Notes: generated by a model not told the origin, from the letters alone. DNA of 64,000 nt from Takakia lepidozioides (GCA_030704615.1 CM060733.1:42346001-42410000); one strand, 5' to 3'. Shown: positions 47,231 to 61,787, numbered from the stretch's first letter. Made by a program: numbers and translations.

Positions 47231-50207
47231 TCACCAGTACTCCCCACCAGAACAAACCCCATCTTTGAAGTGGTGAAAGCGATTTGCACCCCTTACAAGA
47301 ATAGCTCGCCCAACTATCCTTGAGATGAACTTGGTGGCCGTGTGGCAGCCACCACACATCCTAAGGTTCTTGATGATACGGAGAGGCATCCCCGGGGAGG
47401 TGCTGAGGAGCCCAAAAGCAATGGCCAGCCTTTCACTGTGGTAACAAAGGGAAATTTCCTTATTGTCATCCTCCACATCATGCAATGCAAAGTGGGTGTC
47501 AGGAACGTACCCTGCCTCCTTCATCTGTCCGGACAACCTTCTTAGCTCAACAAGGATTTCCTCAATTTGTGGATGCAATCTGTCATCTACAACAAAGGAG
47601 TGCAGTCTGTTGTCGACCACAATGCAGGAGCAACCTGGCTTCTCACACCTCTGGCCTTCATCATATATCTCACCTTTACAGTATCGGCCCACCTGCCAGC
47701 TGCGGCATGGAATGTTTGACAGTAACACATAAGCTGCGGCCTCCTGTCCATCCCACTTGAGTACAGATTTTGCTGCACGTTCTGCGACCTCCATGTTGCA
47801 ATGGATTCTGCAGGCACCAAGCAAGGCCACACCACAGCATCCGGTTTGATTGGCATTTTGTTAATAAACTCCTCGGCCTCATCCAATCGCCCCGCACGGC
47901 CAAGAAGGTCCACCATGCATCCAAAGTGCTCCACTATAGGAATGAGGCCATGATCTCGACTCAGGGAATCAAAGTAATGTCTGCCCTCATCCAGTAGGCC
48001 AACATGGCTGCATGCAGAGAGAAAGGGAAATCCTGCAATCATCACATTCCATGATACCACATTTCGTTCAGCCATATTGTCAAACACTCCCTTTGCATTC
48101 TTGATGCTCCCGCACTTGGCATACATGTCCACTAGGGCAGTGTCCAGATTGACATCCGGTACAATTTCAGCTTTTGTGATGTGACAGTGCACCTCTTTGC
48201 CCTTTCCAAGGCTGCCAGGATGGCACAGGCATTGCAAAGGCAGACAAATGTGACCTCATCAGGCCTCAGCCCTTCCTGCATCATTTGTTCATAGGCCTCC
48301 AAAGCTTCCGTCCCACACCCATGCTGCACATATCCTGCAATCATTGCATTCCATGACACAACATTCAGCCATATTGATGAACACCTCCTTTGCATCCTTG
48401 ATGCTCCCGCATGTGGCGTACATGTCCACAAGGGTAGTGTCCAAGATGATATTTGGCACAATTCCAGCTTGCATGATGTCAGCATGGTTCTCTTTGCCCT
48501 TTTCCAAGTCTGCAAGACTGGCACAGGCATTGCAGATGCCAACAAATGTGACCTGGTCGTAGGTCTGCAAAGCCTCCATCCCACACCCATGCTGGGCATA
48601 TCCTGCGATCATTGCACTCCATGACACGAGTTCTGTTCAGCCATATTGTCAAACACCACCTTTGCATCCTTGATGCTCCCACATTTGGCATACATGTCCA
48701 GGGGGTAGTTTCCAAGATGATATTTGGTACAATTCCTGATTTCAAGATGTCCACATGGACCTCTTTGCCCCTGTTGAGGGCTGCCAAGCTGGCACATGCA
48801 TTGCAAACGCAAACAAATGTGCCCTGGTTGGGCTTCACCCTTTTTTGCATCATTTTCTCATAGATCTCCAAAGCCTCCCTCCCACACCCATGCTGGGCAT
48901 ATCCTGCAATTATCGCATTCCATGACACCACATTTCGTTCAGCCATATTGTCAAACACCCCCTTTGCATACTTCATGCTCCCGCACTTGGCATACATGTC
49001 TACGAGGGCAGTGTCCAAGATGACGTTTGGCACAATTCCAGCTTTCATGATGTCAGCATGGATGTCTTTACCCTTTTCCAGGGCTGTTGGGCTGGCACGC
49101 ACTTTGCAAACACACACAAATGTGACCTGGTTCGGCGTCACCCCTTCCTGCATCATTAGCTCATAGGTCTCCAAAGCCTCGATCCAGCATCCCCCGTGGG
49201 CATATCCTGCAATGAGTGCATTCCATGACGCCACATTTCGTTCAGGCATTTTGTCAAACACTCCCTTTGCATCCACAATGCTCCTACATTTGCCATACAT
49301 GTCCACAAGAGCAGCCCAGAATCACATCTGGCAAGATTCCAGCTTTCATGATGGCGACATGATCCCTCTTTGCCCTTTTCCAGAGCTGCCATGCTGGCAC
49401 ACGCATTGCAAACGCAGACAAACACAACTTAATCAGGCTTTGCCCCCACCCGCAACATTTGCTCATAGGTTTTCAAAGCATCCATCCCACACCCATGCTG
49501 GGCATACCCTGCGATCATTGCACCCCATGATACAACATCTCTTTCAGGCATATGGTCAAACACTCCCTTTGCATCCTTGATGCTCCCACATTTGGCATAC
49601 ATGTCCACGAGGGCAATGTCCAGAATTTGGTACAATTCCAGCTTTCATGATGTCACCATGGACCTCCTTGCCCTTGTCCAGGGCTGACAGGCTGACACGC
49701 GCCTTGAGAACGCAAACAAACGTGACCTGGTCAGGTGTTATCCTTTCCTGTATCATTTCGTCATAGATCTGAAAGGCATTTCTACCACATCGCTGCTTGG
49801 TATATCCTGCGATCATTATAGTCCATGAAAACATATTTCGCTCGGGCATTTTGTCAAACAGTCTGTGTGCATCCAGGATGCTCCCACACTTGACATACAT
49901 GTTGAGAAGGGTGTTGTGTAGAAACACATTTGGCTTAAATCCACTTTGGATAATGTGGGCGTGCACCTGCTTTCCCACTCCTAGGCCTTTCATCTTCATG
50001 CACTTATGCAGAAGATAGACATAAGTATCAGAGTCTGCCGAGACGCCTTCTTGGTTCAAAATGTGCAGAGCCTCTGTCATTTGTCCTGCCTTACATAATG
50101 TCCTCACCTGCCCACAAGTGCCTGAAAAGATCTTGTGGGTTTCCTCTCCTGGTCGTCTATCAGAGGCAGTGGTCATGGTCAAGGTGCTTGATTCTATCAA
50201 CTGCAAT
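47231..50207 (-). pseudogene. PLS-class PPR-E-DYW RNA editing factor pseudogene (main body)
   Basis: Repeated VVSWNAMIAGYAQHG / LVDMYAKCGS motifs; E domain; PGCS; [10 protein letters not shown]; CGGCH; [14 protein letters not shown]; many frameshifts. Confidence 0.95.
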
Positions 50208-53200
50208 CTCTCCCTGTCCTCTAGGAAGCCTATTGCCATTGGGTGGACTTGATACGTGACTAAATGCCGGCCTTGTGACCTCGTGTCCTTGTTTGTTTCG
50301 ACCTGAAGCGCTTTGCTCCAGGTAAGGTAGTGCATTGGATTTAGTTGGAAAGCTTGGGGCCTTTCCCTCTTTAGAATATGCCTACACGGGCCATTCCCTG
50401 CAACTCCCTGGAGCGTGATCTCTGAATGATAACAAGCGGATCCCTACCGCTTGGGGGCAGCCCCTCCGCCCAAATTGGGCAGTCGTATGCTCTGTATAGC
50501 ATACTTGGCACTTGGGCTCGGGTTGGTTCCTGTGCTTAAACTTATAGCCTGCGAGATCAATCAAAATTTAGCTCCTATCGACTTCAACACTCCCCAGGGT
50601 GATTCCTGGGAATTGGTTACTTATGCCAAATCTAGGGCTTCATGTGTAGTTTTTGGGGTGAATCCCAGGATGGACGATGTGTCCTTTAAAACTACATGCT
50701 CTAGCTTAGGCTTGGATTTCATGGCTAATGGTTCCATCTCGAGACTTGATAACAGGGGTACGTTGAAGGTTGCAATGACCAAAAGTGCTTCTAATAGAGT
50801 CCCACATCAATTCAATCTCAAAGAAGTTCGTCCCTTGACTGGCTGGAGAGCGGTCTTAGACATTGGTGATTCAATGGGGCGCTCTAGGAAGACAACCAAG
50901 GGCAAGGACTTCAACTTGAGAGTTTCTAATCGGTTTGATGCTCTGAATGAGGTTGAATCCAAACAGCCAGAAGGACAAGATGCCCTAAGTGTACAGAACC
51001 TGAACGTCCTGAATCTGAAGGATTTGGTACTCTGAATGGTTTAAAATCCTCAAGGTTTACACAAGACGAACAAATTCTATACACGGGGTAATTGTCCCCA
51101 AGCCGTCAGATGGACAATCTGTCCCTAAGTGTGCAGAGCCTGAACGTCGTGTAACTGAAGGATTTGGAACTCTAAATGGTTTACCAATCCTCAAGTCTAC
51201 ACAAGACGAGCAAAATCTACACATGGGGTAATTGTCCCCAAGCAGTCTGACGGACAATATACCCCTAAGTGTGCGGAACCTGTGCGTCGTGTAACTGAAG
51301 GATTTGGTACCCTGAATGGTTTACCAGTTCTCAAAGTTTACACAAGACGAGCAAAATCTACACATGGGGTAACTGTCCCCCCTTTGCAGAACGGTTGGCC
51401 GTCCAGGAACAATCACAAGCTACCTAGACGACAAACAATTCACATGCAAAGGGCTGGCTTGCGGCTGGCCACTTTCAACTTCTCAGGGCTTACTAACCAA
51501 AGGAAACAACTCGAAGTGGGACAAGTCCTTCGGACTAATGATATTCATATCTGTGCTGGGCAAGAAACATGGGAAACGTCGGATAAACTGGTTGGAGATG
51601 TCAATGGTTATAAATGGGCAGGTAGGATGTGTACTCTCAAGGCAGCCTCTGCCAAACGCGGTCAAAAGGGGTTGGATTCTTTGTCCGTGATTTCTTGTTT
51701 GATAATTGTGAAATTATCAACAAGGGTTTGAGGTACGAGCATAGTATCTGGCTAAAACTGAAATCTGAAGGGCGGCATGAGTACGAAGGACCTCTTTGTG
51801 GGTTGTGTTTACATGCCCACAGAGGGGACCCTTAGTGCTGACGCAGACAAAGCCTTCGAAGATGTAAAGCTGGACTGTGCTTCGTTCCTTGCCAAAGGTC
51901 AGGTAGTGCTATTGGGTGACTTCAATGCCCGGGTGGGCAAAGGGCTCCATCAGGACAATATCATTGGGCCTTTTGGTGAGGACGAGCTGAATTCTAATGG
52001 CAGACGGTTAATTAACTGTCTGGAAGAGCTTCAGCTTTTGACCTTGAATAATAGGACAAGAGGTGACCAAGTGCAGTGGACTCATGAGAAATCCCAAACT
52101 GGGGAACGTTCCATTGTGGACTATATCATAATGGACAAAAATTTGTTTCCCCAGTGTGCCAATGTGTTGATCGACAGAACTGATACTGGTACCTCTGACC
52201 ACTTCCTGGTTTGGACTGAGATCAAAAGGTGTTTTCCCAACACCAATAGATCTGTGAAACGTTCGATTCGGAAGTGGCGCATAGAAAAATTCCATAATGA
52301 GGAGGTCAAGGCTGAGTACGTCCAGGCCTTGCAAGAGGCTCTCCCTCATTTTGTCCAATCGCTCCAAGAACTTCAGTCTCGCTCTGACAACGCAAGAAAT
52401 GAAGTCGAAAGAGCAGTGGACTCTTGGGAGAGTTTCGTCTCCTCCGTGGCTGACAAGATCATTGGGAGGAAACTAATTGTCTGCGGTAGAGCTGTTAATT
52501 GGTGGACCAATGAGATCAAACTCAAGATAGCTGAGAGACGAGCCCTCTATAAAGAGTGCTGCAATTTGAAAACCAACAGAGAATTGTGGGCGAGGTACTA
52601 TCAGCTCCGGAAAGATATCAATCAGCTTGTTAGGTCTCAGAAGAAATTATACTGGGATAAGTTATACAGTGAAATAAACTCAAACCACCATGGTGGTAAT
52701 GACATGAAATTCTGGTTGGCCCTTCAACGTTTGTACAAGCCTAAAAACGGTCAGTGAGTACAAGCGCTGAAGACTACTAAAGGTGCAGTGGTGACTTCAT
52801 CGGTTGACATTGTCAAAACATTTGAAAATCACTACAGTATCCTTGGCAGAACTTCTAGGTCTAACAGTGAGGGGTCTTCTGCTGAATGGAGGGACACAGT
52901 TGGATTCAAAACAGCCCTGATGAACTGGAGTATATTTCAATGGCTTATAACACTCCCATTAGTTCTTCTGAGATTGTGGAAGCAATTGAACATTTAAATG
53001 GATATAAAGCTGGTGGACCTGATGGTATTGTCAACGAGCTTATCAAGCACGGTGGCGATCCCATGATAGAGGCCCTAGTTCTCCTCTTTAACCTTATCTG
53101 GAAGACTGAAATGATCCCCTTTCGCTGGCGACAGGGGGTCATTGTCAATCTATACAAGAAGGGTGACAGAGAAGAACTGGGGAACTACCGTGGCATCACG

Positions 53201-55026
53201 CTCCTCAATGCTGTTGGCAAGACATTCTGCAGGGTTATAAGTACTTGTCTCGAGGTTGATCTGGAGTCTAGAGGTCGTTTCCACGAAGGCCAAGCTGGCT
53301 TTCAGCGAAACAGGGGCTGTGTGGATCATATCTTCACTCTAAGCCAGATTATTCAGGGAAGGAAAAAAGAAGGGAAACCCACTTATGTTTTTTTTCCTGG
53401 ATGTCAAAAAGGCTTATGACACAGTGTGGAGAGATGGCCTATGGTTCCGCCTCTGGTCTTGTGGGATAAAGATGTGGAGAGTTGTCCACAACTTGTATGC
53501 TCACACCAAAAGCTGTGTCACTGTTAACGGACAGAAGTCCAACTTCTTTGACATAGACCAAGGTGTAGCTCAAGGATGTACTCTCTCCCCTCTGCTCTTC
53601 AATGTTTTCATCAATCAACTCCTCGAGTGAAGAATTTGGGTTGAGGGTGGGTGATACCACCATACCAGCCCTTATGTTTGCGGATGACTTCGCAGGCATA
53701 GGGGAGACTCCAACCAATCTCCAGGAGTTGATTGATTGCGCGAAGAGATACTTTGATCTTTGGGGGCTAGAGGCTAATGTGAGCAAATGTGCAGTGGTAG
53801 CATTCAACGACAGAGGAGAGGGAGGAAGTGATCTTAAGTGGCAGTGGGGTAGCCAAGAGATCCCGGTCCTCCCTTCCTACACTTACCTGGGCGTTGAGTT
53901 TTCCTCCAATTGTAATTGGGATGCACATATCCGGAAAGTTGTTCAAACTGGCAAGGGCAAAGCTCTGGGGCTCACTAAATTTTTCCACTGCAGAGGGGTC
54001 AACTCTGAGGTTAAGAAAACCATGCTTTGTCGCGTTATTAGACCTGCCTTGGAGTATGGATCTGCTATATGGGTTGATAACTCCAACCAGGCTAAGTCTC
54101 TAGAATCCATTCAAGTGGGGGTGCTTAAGGAGTGTACGTCAGCATGCTCCAAAACAGCCAATGTGGCTGTTCGGGGTGAGTTTGGCATTCCATCCTTAAG
54201 CTCCCGACGAGATGAATTCAAGGTCAGATGGTGACGTCAGCTGCAACATATGCCCAACACCAGATATCCTAAATTAATCGACTCTATATCTTGGAAACAG
54301 GACCGCCCTGTCAAACAGGCTAAGTCCTGGCAGAAGAGAGTAGAAAAGATTCTCAAGGACCTGGACCTGGATCCGCAAGTCTTGACCCTGCTGGATATAT
54401 CTGACTTAGAGGCTGTAGTGTCCGAAGCCATGTCTATTGCCGTGAGATTGTCTGATGAAAATGAAGTTAGGCAGAGAACTTCCCTGAAGTTGTTTTCAGT
54501 CAGTGACATGGGGGTGGACATCTTAGATGACCTCAAGGGTCTACCCACTCCCGGCACTAGACTGAAATTTAAACTCAGGGCAGGAATCCTACCTTTGAAC
54601 AGCAAAGAGAAGCAGAGAGGAAAGGGAGAGTGCAATTGTCCGTTGTGTGGGCAATCTGAAGACAGTATTCATTTTCTGATACACTGTCCGGGGTTCTCTC
54701 ACCAAAGAGACGCTCTCTTCAATTCTATCAAGGGAATTGTGCCTGTACCCCTGTTTACCAACTTTGAAAGTCTCAAGGCTGAGCCAAAAGCCCAGGCCCT
54801 CCTGAGGCCTAGTTTTTGGGCAAATCACACACAGCAGATTGATGCTTGTGTGAAGGGATTTCTAGAGGATATCTGGAAAACCCGGATTAATTCTTTATAT
54901 GAAGGTAAGTCTTACTACCAACGTCAGCCCCTGACAGAGGTAGGTTCTGTTCCTTTTGTTCCTGCTCAAACTGGGCGCGGGGTCAATGGCCACAAGGCTA
55001 CGGCAAACAACGTCTTATGAGTACAA
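50208..55026 (+). mobile_element. Full-length LINE (5' ORF, APE endonuclease, RT, C-terminal Zn), frameshifted; 15-bp TSD TCTATCAACTGCAAT
   Basis: ATFNFSGL, GQETW, LGDFNAR, SDHFLV; NYRGITLL, QGCTLSP, FADD, YLGV; CPLC..EDSIHFLIHC; TSD at 50193-50207 and 55027-55041. Confidence 0.95.
50960..51380. repeat. Three ~142-bp tandem units inside the LINE 5' region
   Basis: GGACAA...CCCTAAGTGT..AGA.CCTG recurring at ~50972, 51112 and 51252. Confidence 0.85.
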
Positions 55027-55244
55027 TCTATCAACTGCAATGCTGCTGCTTCCAGTTGGCCAGCAACCCAAGCAGGCTTTGTGTCAATAATAATCCACAG
55101 TACCTCATTGATAGTTTTGTGCTTGAGATCCCATTCTTTTGGATGGATCTGCACCCATACTCCATCCCTGACTCCTTCAGCTGTGATGTATAGATCCTCC
55201 CACCTGCTGCGCCTGACATTGACTACCTGAAGTTTACCTAGCAA
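55027..55244 (-). pseudogene. N-terminal part of the PPR-DYW gene separated by the LINE
   Basis: ...QLEAAALQLI joins LQLIESSTLTMTT... in frame across the TSD. Confidence 0.75.
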
Positions 55245-56299
55245 GCACCCTACTGCCGCTTATCCTGCGCCAGTTCCTATGCTGAAGTGCTGATAAGACT
55301 TAAAAGCACGAATTATACAGAATATTATATAGCGAATCTAGAATTAGGGTTAGGTTAATTAGAGTGTGAGCATGACAGTAATAGGATAAGAAACAATTTT
55401 TGATGGCTTCTATTGTAGATAGCAGGCATTGACCTTTTTGCAAAGATTGTCCCACCCTTGACAGGAGTTTGACAAATATTGCTTCTCCTCATCTCTATTT
55501 TTAGTTTTAGGATATTTGCCTGCAACCCAGTGTCACCGCAGCAACATGTCAACAATATGAGACCCACCACAGATCTACCGGGCAAGCTAAACTTACAAAA
55601 CCCATGATGGAAACTAGGAACGAAGCCTGATAGGAGGACAAAGCAATCCTAACTGTGTAGAAGAAGATGGCCTTGCCTGATTGTATTTGACCTTGTGTCA
55701 GTGCAGCAGCTGGTTTTCTTCCTTTCACCCATGAGGGATTTAACCAACCCTCAATCCAAAGGACCTCTTTGACACACTGCTTAGATCTGTAATCTGGTGA
55801 TCTTGGATTGGTCTGTGAAAACCACCAGGGTGCAGCTGAGCAGCCATGTTTTTAAATACAACCTCCTGAAAAACACTAGGAAAAACCCTTGGGCCATGCA
55901 CTTTCATTTTTAGGAAGAACATATTTATCCAAATAGTAAGATGAATTTTCACAGAAAAGACAACTCCTTCACATCATACATGAAGAAAGGAGCAACTTGC
56001 AACCGCGGATGTCCCACCATTGCAGAGGATTTCCAAATAACTCTTTTCAGCGCAGCCCATGCTCCAGGGTTGACCTTTGTGACAGAAACTCCAAGGGTAG
56101 TCTGGACATTTTGCATTCGTCTGTCAAAACCACCGGGCGCAGCTGAGCAGCCAGAGTTCTGACCACAGCTTCCTAAGACCAAGCTGCAACCAAGTACCTT
56201 GCAAACTCCTGGAAAAAACTTGGGCATCTAATTCCTTGCCCTTCTCACGAAGAACAGCCTACGCTACTGCCTACAAGAGCGGCTTTTGCAGAACCGACA

Positions 56300-57495
56300 A
56301 AGATTCTAACAATTAGGGGTACAAGACCTAGCCCACAATATTATTTCATAGCAGAGTCCATAAAACCCCCTCCTTCACAGACCCTGCAATTTCTATACGA
56401 AGAGTGCTCACCTTCTCGATGCTGTAGTCCCACCACTGAGAAGGGACTTTAAAAAACTCCTCCCAGCACTGTTCCATGCCCCAGCGTTGACCTACGTTCC
56501 AGATATACCAAAATTTCAAGAGGGCAATGTTGTCGATTGTACCCCTTGTATGACCATCCTGCTGACCAAATTACTGCCCATGCCTGGTTTCTATGGCGCA
56601 TACAACACAGCGACTACAAGGGAAAAACACAGAATGAAAAAGTGTTTTCGTGCTTTTACCTTTCATTGGCATAAGTGAAAGCTTGGGAGGCGCCACGGAC
56701 ACCATTTGAAAGGGACTCGGTCCTTGGCGTATTGCCAAAAATGCCGCTTTCAGCTCCACATCCCAGCCCCTTAATCGGCTGCATGATGTGAGGCATCTTG
56801 CAGGAACCAAAAAGCAGAGAGGGCGTTGTCCAACCGAGTACTTTAGAGGGAGGTTCCGACAAGTTGTACATTGATGTGGTAAAGTCCGACCACAACCACA
56901 CTGAAGATGGGGCATGTAGGAGAAATCGATTAGCATGTTGGGTTGCATTTGATAAATTGCGACCCTATCTTTCTGGCCTTACACTCACCGGTGGACAAAA
57001 AGCTGAATATAAGAAATGCGTGGAGGAATTCGGACGCGCTTTCAACAAGAGTTGGGGGAGGGTCCAGTTACACACTATATTGTGAGTATATAAAACATCC
57101 CTTGATATTGATTGGAATGCTTATAGTAAAATTTTGCATTTCAATTATAGCACTTACAGATGACAATGCTAATTATTCAAGTTGATAATTTGCAGCACGT
57201 ATTGGTCAAGCACACCCCGTGGTTTATTGAAAGGTATGGAAGCCTATCTGTCTGGTCATGTCAAGGAATGGAAAACTCGCATCACGCGGCAAAAGCGGCA
57301 TATCAGCGTCATACTCAACATGCTGGAACAAGTCCTTTGGTACAGACCTATGAACACAGGTTAAGGATCATTCAACATAGATTCAGAAACGAAAGCCTTC
57401 AATCGAATGAGGAGGCAATTCAACCCCGACGTACAGCATCCTTAAACTCAAGCGCAGCAGCGCACAGCGCTTTGTTTATAGAGTTACTATGTTAG
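56300..57495 (+). mobile_element. Transib/Chapaev (RAG1-core-like) DDE transposase remnant
   Basis: FNKSWG..THY; HVLVKHTPWFIERYGSLSVWSCQGMENSH (H-x3-H...G-S-L...S-x-Q-G-x-E signature); short intron ~57082-57195. Confidence 0.6.
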
Positions 57496-58799
57496 CTAGA
57501 GTTACAATATCAATGGTTCAGTATCTGGATCCTTGACTTGAGGCTGAGGAGAAAAATGGAAGTGAAAGGCTATGTGAAAGGCTATGTGTTTGAGTCTAAA
57601 ATCCCTTCAATTTTACAAGGTTAAGTAAATAAATAAATAAAAACAAAACAAAACAAAACAAAACAACACAAAATAAAACAAGCAAAACAAAACATAGGAA
57701 AGTACTGAATGTTGTTTACAACGCATGAAGTGGTGACTACGTTTAAACTTTGAACCTCATACTTGGGAGTCCGCAACTGGCTCCTCCGGTGACTCTTCAA
57801 TCGGCTTTTCTACAATCGGCTCTTCAGAGTTTGGTACCCATCTACTGCCAACCCGACTGCATCTTATACCATTGATACCAGACACTACCAGATACTATAC
57901 CATTGATATAGTAACTCCTAGTAACTCATTGCTAGACCCACGAGAGTTGATAACTCTTCCCTTGCTGTGGCTGTAGTAATTGGTGTACGTGCTGATGTTC
58001 TCACAGGTGCCCGCATCATCCGTTGTGAGCTGACAAAACTACGATGGAATCAAGCCTAGTTCCTACAAGTGAGGGATGCACATCTTCAGCATCTACCTTA
58101 CTCATCGACATCTTACATGTAAACACAAGCTACCTACAAACCTAACTATACCTGCAACATTAGTACCTCATCAACAAATTCTAGCTTTTGGTTTGTGTTA
58201 GAGCACTTCTTGGCAGCTTCAGCCTCAGCTCGAGCTTCTTCAGCAATAGCTTGCAGGCAGCTCCCTCATGTTGTCATGTGCAAGTAGCTCTCTCACTGAT
58301 GACATCACCAAGACCACCAAGAATGAGTATCTCCAGCTTCTGTGGATCTACCAAGCCAAGCCTCCAGAAGTGCATGCGTTTGGTTACATCATCATCATAC
58401 TTTGGTGGATTGTAACCAGAAGGCCTAGTGCAACTAGGCTCCAAGACAATACAAAACAAAGAAATTGCTCAACTAGTTGTCTATCATCATCTCCATTAGA
58501 CCACAACCAATGTAGAACACATTTGCCAGCCCACATCATAGGGACTGCATTTTTGGGGCCACTGGTAATGCTACCCAACATACCTGGGAGGGCCGTGGTC
58601 TCGCTCACCCCCCATCTGGACCCCTCACCCATGAAGCTCTTCAATGGGCCAAATTTGCTGCACATTCCTTTTCTTATGCTTCGACCATTCTCATCCTCAC
58701 ACAACAAAACATACCTACCACCTCCCACCCACTTCTACGCCTCCCTGCGGAGGTCAAGCTATTAGTCACAATTGACCCAAACCAGCTTAGATATACCCA

Positions 58800-60300
58800 T
58801 ACCCTCCTTTTTTTTAAATATCTTAGGCAAAAAGAACCCACCCTAATCCGCATCCTGCACGTCCAAAACCCCCACCATGTTGCCATACCCACATATTTCC
58901 ACCACAAACTAGAATACCTACTCACCGTTACTAATAAAATTAAAGCCATCATCCATCACCCACCTATCCCCCATTGTACAAATATACCTACCCTCCTCCC
59001 CCAAATTAAAACAAATAAAGCGGCCTGGATCAAGGCACTACAACGCTCCTCATAGGCCACACCAACAAACCCCCTCTCCCCCATTCCTTCGTTCTATTAG
59101 CAATCCTACCCCCTCAAATACCCCCCCTGTGAACTCTCATTACACTGATGGATCCCTTACTCAAACTAATGCAGGCTATGGTATCTATCACGCATGTACA
59201 GGGTGAGGGGTGGCCCTCAGACTCATTGGTCCTGCAACTATTCTCAGGGCCGAGCTTATGGCCATATACAACGCTCTCCTCCTACTCGATACATTTTTCC
59301 CCCCATACTTCATCTTCACTAACAGCCTTACCTCCTTATTCCTCGTCCGCAACCACATTGCTCGCCCCTCCTCTCACCACCATCATCCTGACCGCAACCT
59401 CATCTCAGCTATTGTCAACGCCGTCGTTTCTATAAAGCACCACGTACACCTACTCAAAGTACGTTCACACACTGGCATTCAAGGGAATGAGGAGGCCGAC
59501 CTCCTCGCTCAGCTCGATGCCACCAAACTCAAAGTCAAATCCACGAATGATCATATCCACGTCGCCCACTCCTACCCCTTTTGGTTTATATACCCAGTTT
59601 TGAACCCTACCGCACCACGACCCACACGCAACCTCTTGGCCATCCTCACTCATGAAAGCAAATGAACAGGCCGCAGCCTCTATAAGTCATATCAAAGTAC
59701 ATATTAAATGGACCTAATCCGAGGTATTACACCACAAACTCTCGAACCACTTCTGGCATACCAAAGCTACCACTGATGCACTAATCTGCAAGACACTTAA
59801 TTTCAGATACGCCCAATACATGGGTCACCAACGCAAACACATTTTCTGGCCACATCTCTTTTCGTCATCTTACTGCCCATTGTGTTCCACAACTCACAAT
59901 GCGCGTGATACCTGGCCGCACCTCCTGAGCCAGTGCACGCACCCGATCATCCATGGTCTTCATATCACCCGACACAACCAAGTAATTTGACATCTCCACA
60001 AACTATTCACAAAACGCGCCGAAACCCGGTAGTTCACACTCATTAACGTCGGTACCTTCCAAGGGAGGCCACTAGACCACACTATACTGCCATGGCTTCT
60101 ACCGTGCACATGCACCAGAGTACCCTGCTCATGCCCCGCCCGGCTCTGCCCGGACATACTCATTATCCAAGGACTACCCATTCAAGCCTCGCCACCTACT
60201 TCACCATTCCCGCAGCTCGTCATCCACTTTATCAAGTTTACATTCTACCATGATCGATACCCCCACGATTCAATCCTGGAAAAACGACAAAAATATGCCG
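58800..60300 (+). mobile_element. Non-LTR retrotransposon 3' part with RNase H, CCHC knuckle and restriction-like endonuclease (Dualen/RandI-like), degenerate
   Basis: YTDGS, TILRAELMAI, FTNSLTS, KVRSHTGIQGNEEAD; CPLC...DTWPHLLSQC; RHN; RLCPDILIIQG. Confidence 0.75.
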
Positions 60301-60849
60301 GTCATTTTTTCCATGTATTTTGCCCATCTTGTACCATGGATACAAGATGGGCAAAATACATGTACTAGTTTCAGTTGTCACTTTTCTTCACTGAATCTGT
60401 TTCTAATCTGCTAAGAGAGAAAGGAGGGTGCACAATATATAACAGGGTCGTGTACTTGTCATTGATAGGTGGATCGACGCAATCATCTCCAACATGTATT
60501 TTGCAAATTGGGGTTCAGATGCACTGTCCGCTAGTGCATGAACATGGCTGTCATTCCAAGTTAGCTTTGCTTGCGAAGGAGAGTCTACAATTTCAGTAAG
60601 TTCAATTCACTCGCTAGCTAGTTCAATTGGTGTATTTCACTCCACCTTTAGCACACTGAGGATTCCCAGAGAATTCAATTTGTTATATTATATGAGCAAG
60701 AGGGCAGAGGATGACTATCAAAAGAGTTTGCCAAAGAGGAATGAACTTAAACAAAGATTCATCTATACTTAACAAGCCTCCCCAACCTCTTGCTCAGCCT
60801 TCCTGTGATTCCAACCAGATGAGTGATATAATGAGGCATTTCAGCATAT

Positions 60850-60948
60850 TTAGATACGTATGTCTGTCTCTTGCTTAAGTGCATCAAGATGAAAGGTCTG
60901 GAAGCTGGAAACAAATGCACACTCACATTATCCAAAGTGGATTCACGC
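60850..60948 (+). pseudogene. Short PPR gene fragment
   Basis: DTYVCLLLKCIKMKGLEAG..MHTHIIQSGF resembles 49940-50030 (rc). Confidence 0.7.
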
Positions 60949-61102
60949 CAGAGAGAGAAGACTCCGGCCGTAGCCGGCGTAACTAAGAGCCAGTTCGCCT
61001 TACGGCTACTGCCCCTTTTCAGGGATGGGCCCTATAGTAGGAAGGATGTCATGTGGGACACCAAGTAACCAAGGGGAGAGAGAGGGAAGAGCTGCTATGA
61101 AC

Positions 61103-61577
61103 CAGTGTTGGACAGGTATATAGGTGAAGGACTGGTATTAGATACCGGACCAGTCTGGTATCGTTTGGGAGAATACTTGGTCATATACCAGACCAGGTTG
61201 GTATCAGTTTTTTCATACCAGCCACAATACCGGTACTCCCCTGCAGTCTACCTCATTTAATCTGGTATGTGTACCATATTAATTTATATACCTATACATT
61301 TGTATTTATGTATATTTACTTCTAAAGCCATCTTGAATTACAAGTTTATCAAATAGCAAATATCAAGTGAAAATAAATACAATACACATAAAGGATGATA
61401 CCAGAGTTGATACCTCATACCAGCTGGTATTGTGGTCATGATACTCATATTCATACCAGTATTTGGACAAATATACATCCACCATTATATAGACCAGACT
61501 GGTATGAAAACTTTGTGATAGGCCTAGTACCACGACCAGACTGGTATGTAAAAAAACTTTATATCAGTCCAACACTG
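61103..61577. mobile_element. hAT-type MITE
   Basis: TIRs CAGTGTTGGAC / GTCCAACACTG; 8-bp TSD CTATGAAC (61095-61102, 61578-61585); subterminal ATACCAG/CTGGTAT repeats. Confidence 0.93.
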
Positions 61578-61787
61578 CTATGAACCCCCTGAGTTCCCAG
61601 TAGGACCCATGGTGCACTAGAGGGGCTAGCTTCGAGTTGGCGTTTGTTGGTGACGATGGCTGTTAGGGAACGGAGTGTTGTAAGATGGATTGTTTTGAAA
61701 CATTGATGGATTGGGAGAGTGGATATTTTGAAATTATCATGTAAATCATTAATACTGGCATTGTGTATGCCGCATCAGGTTCCAGCA

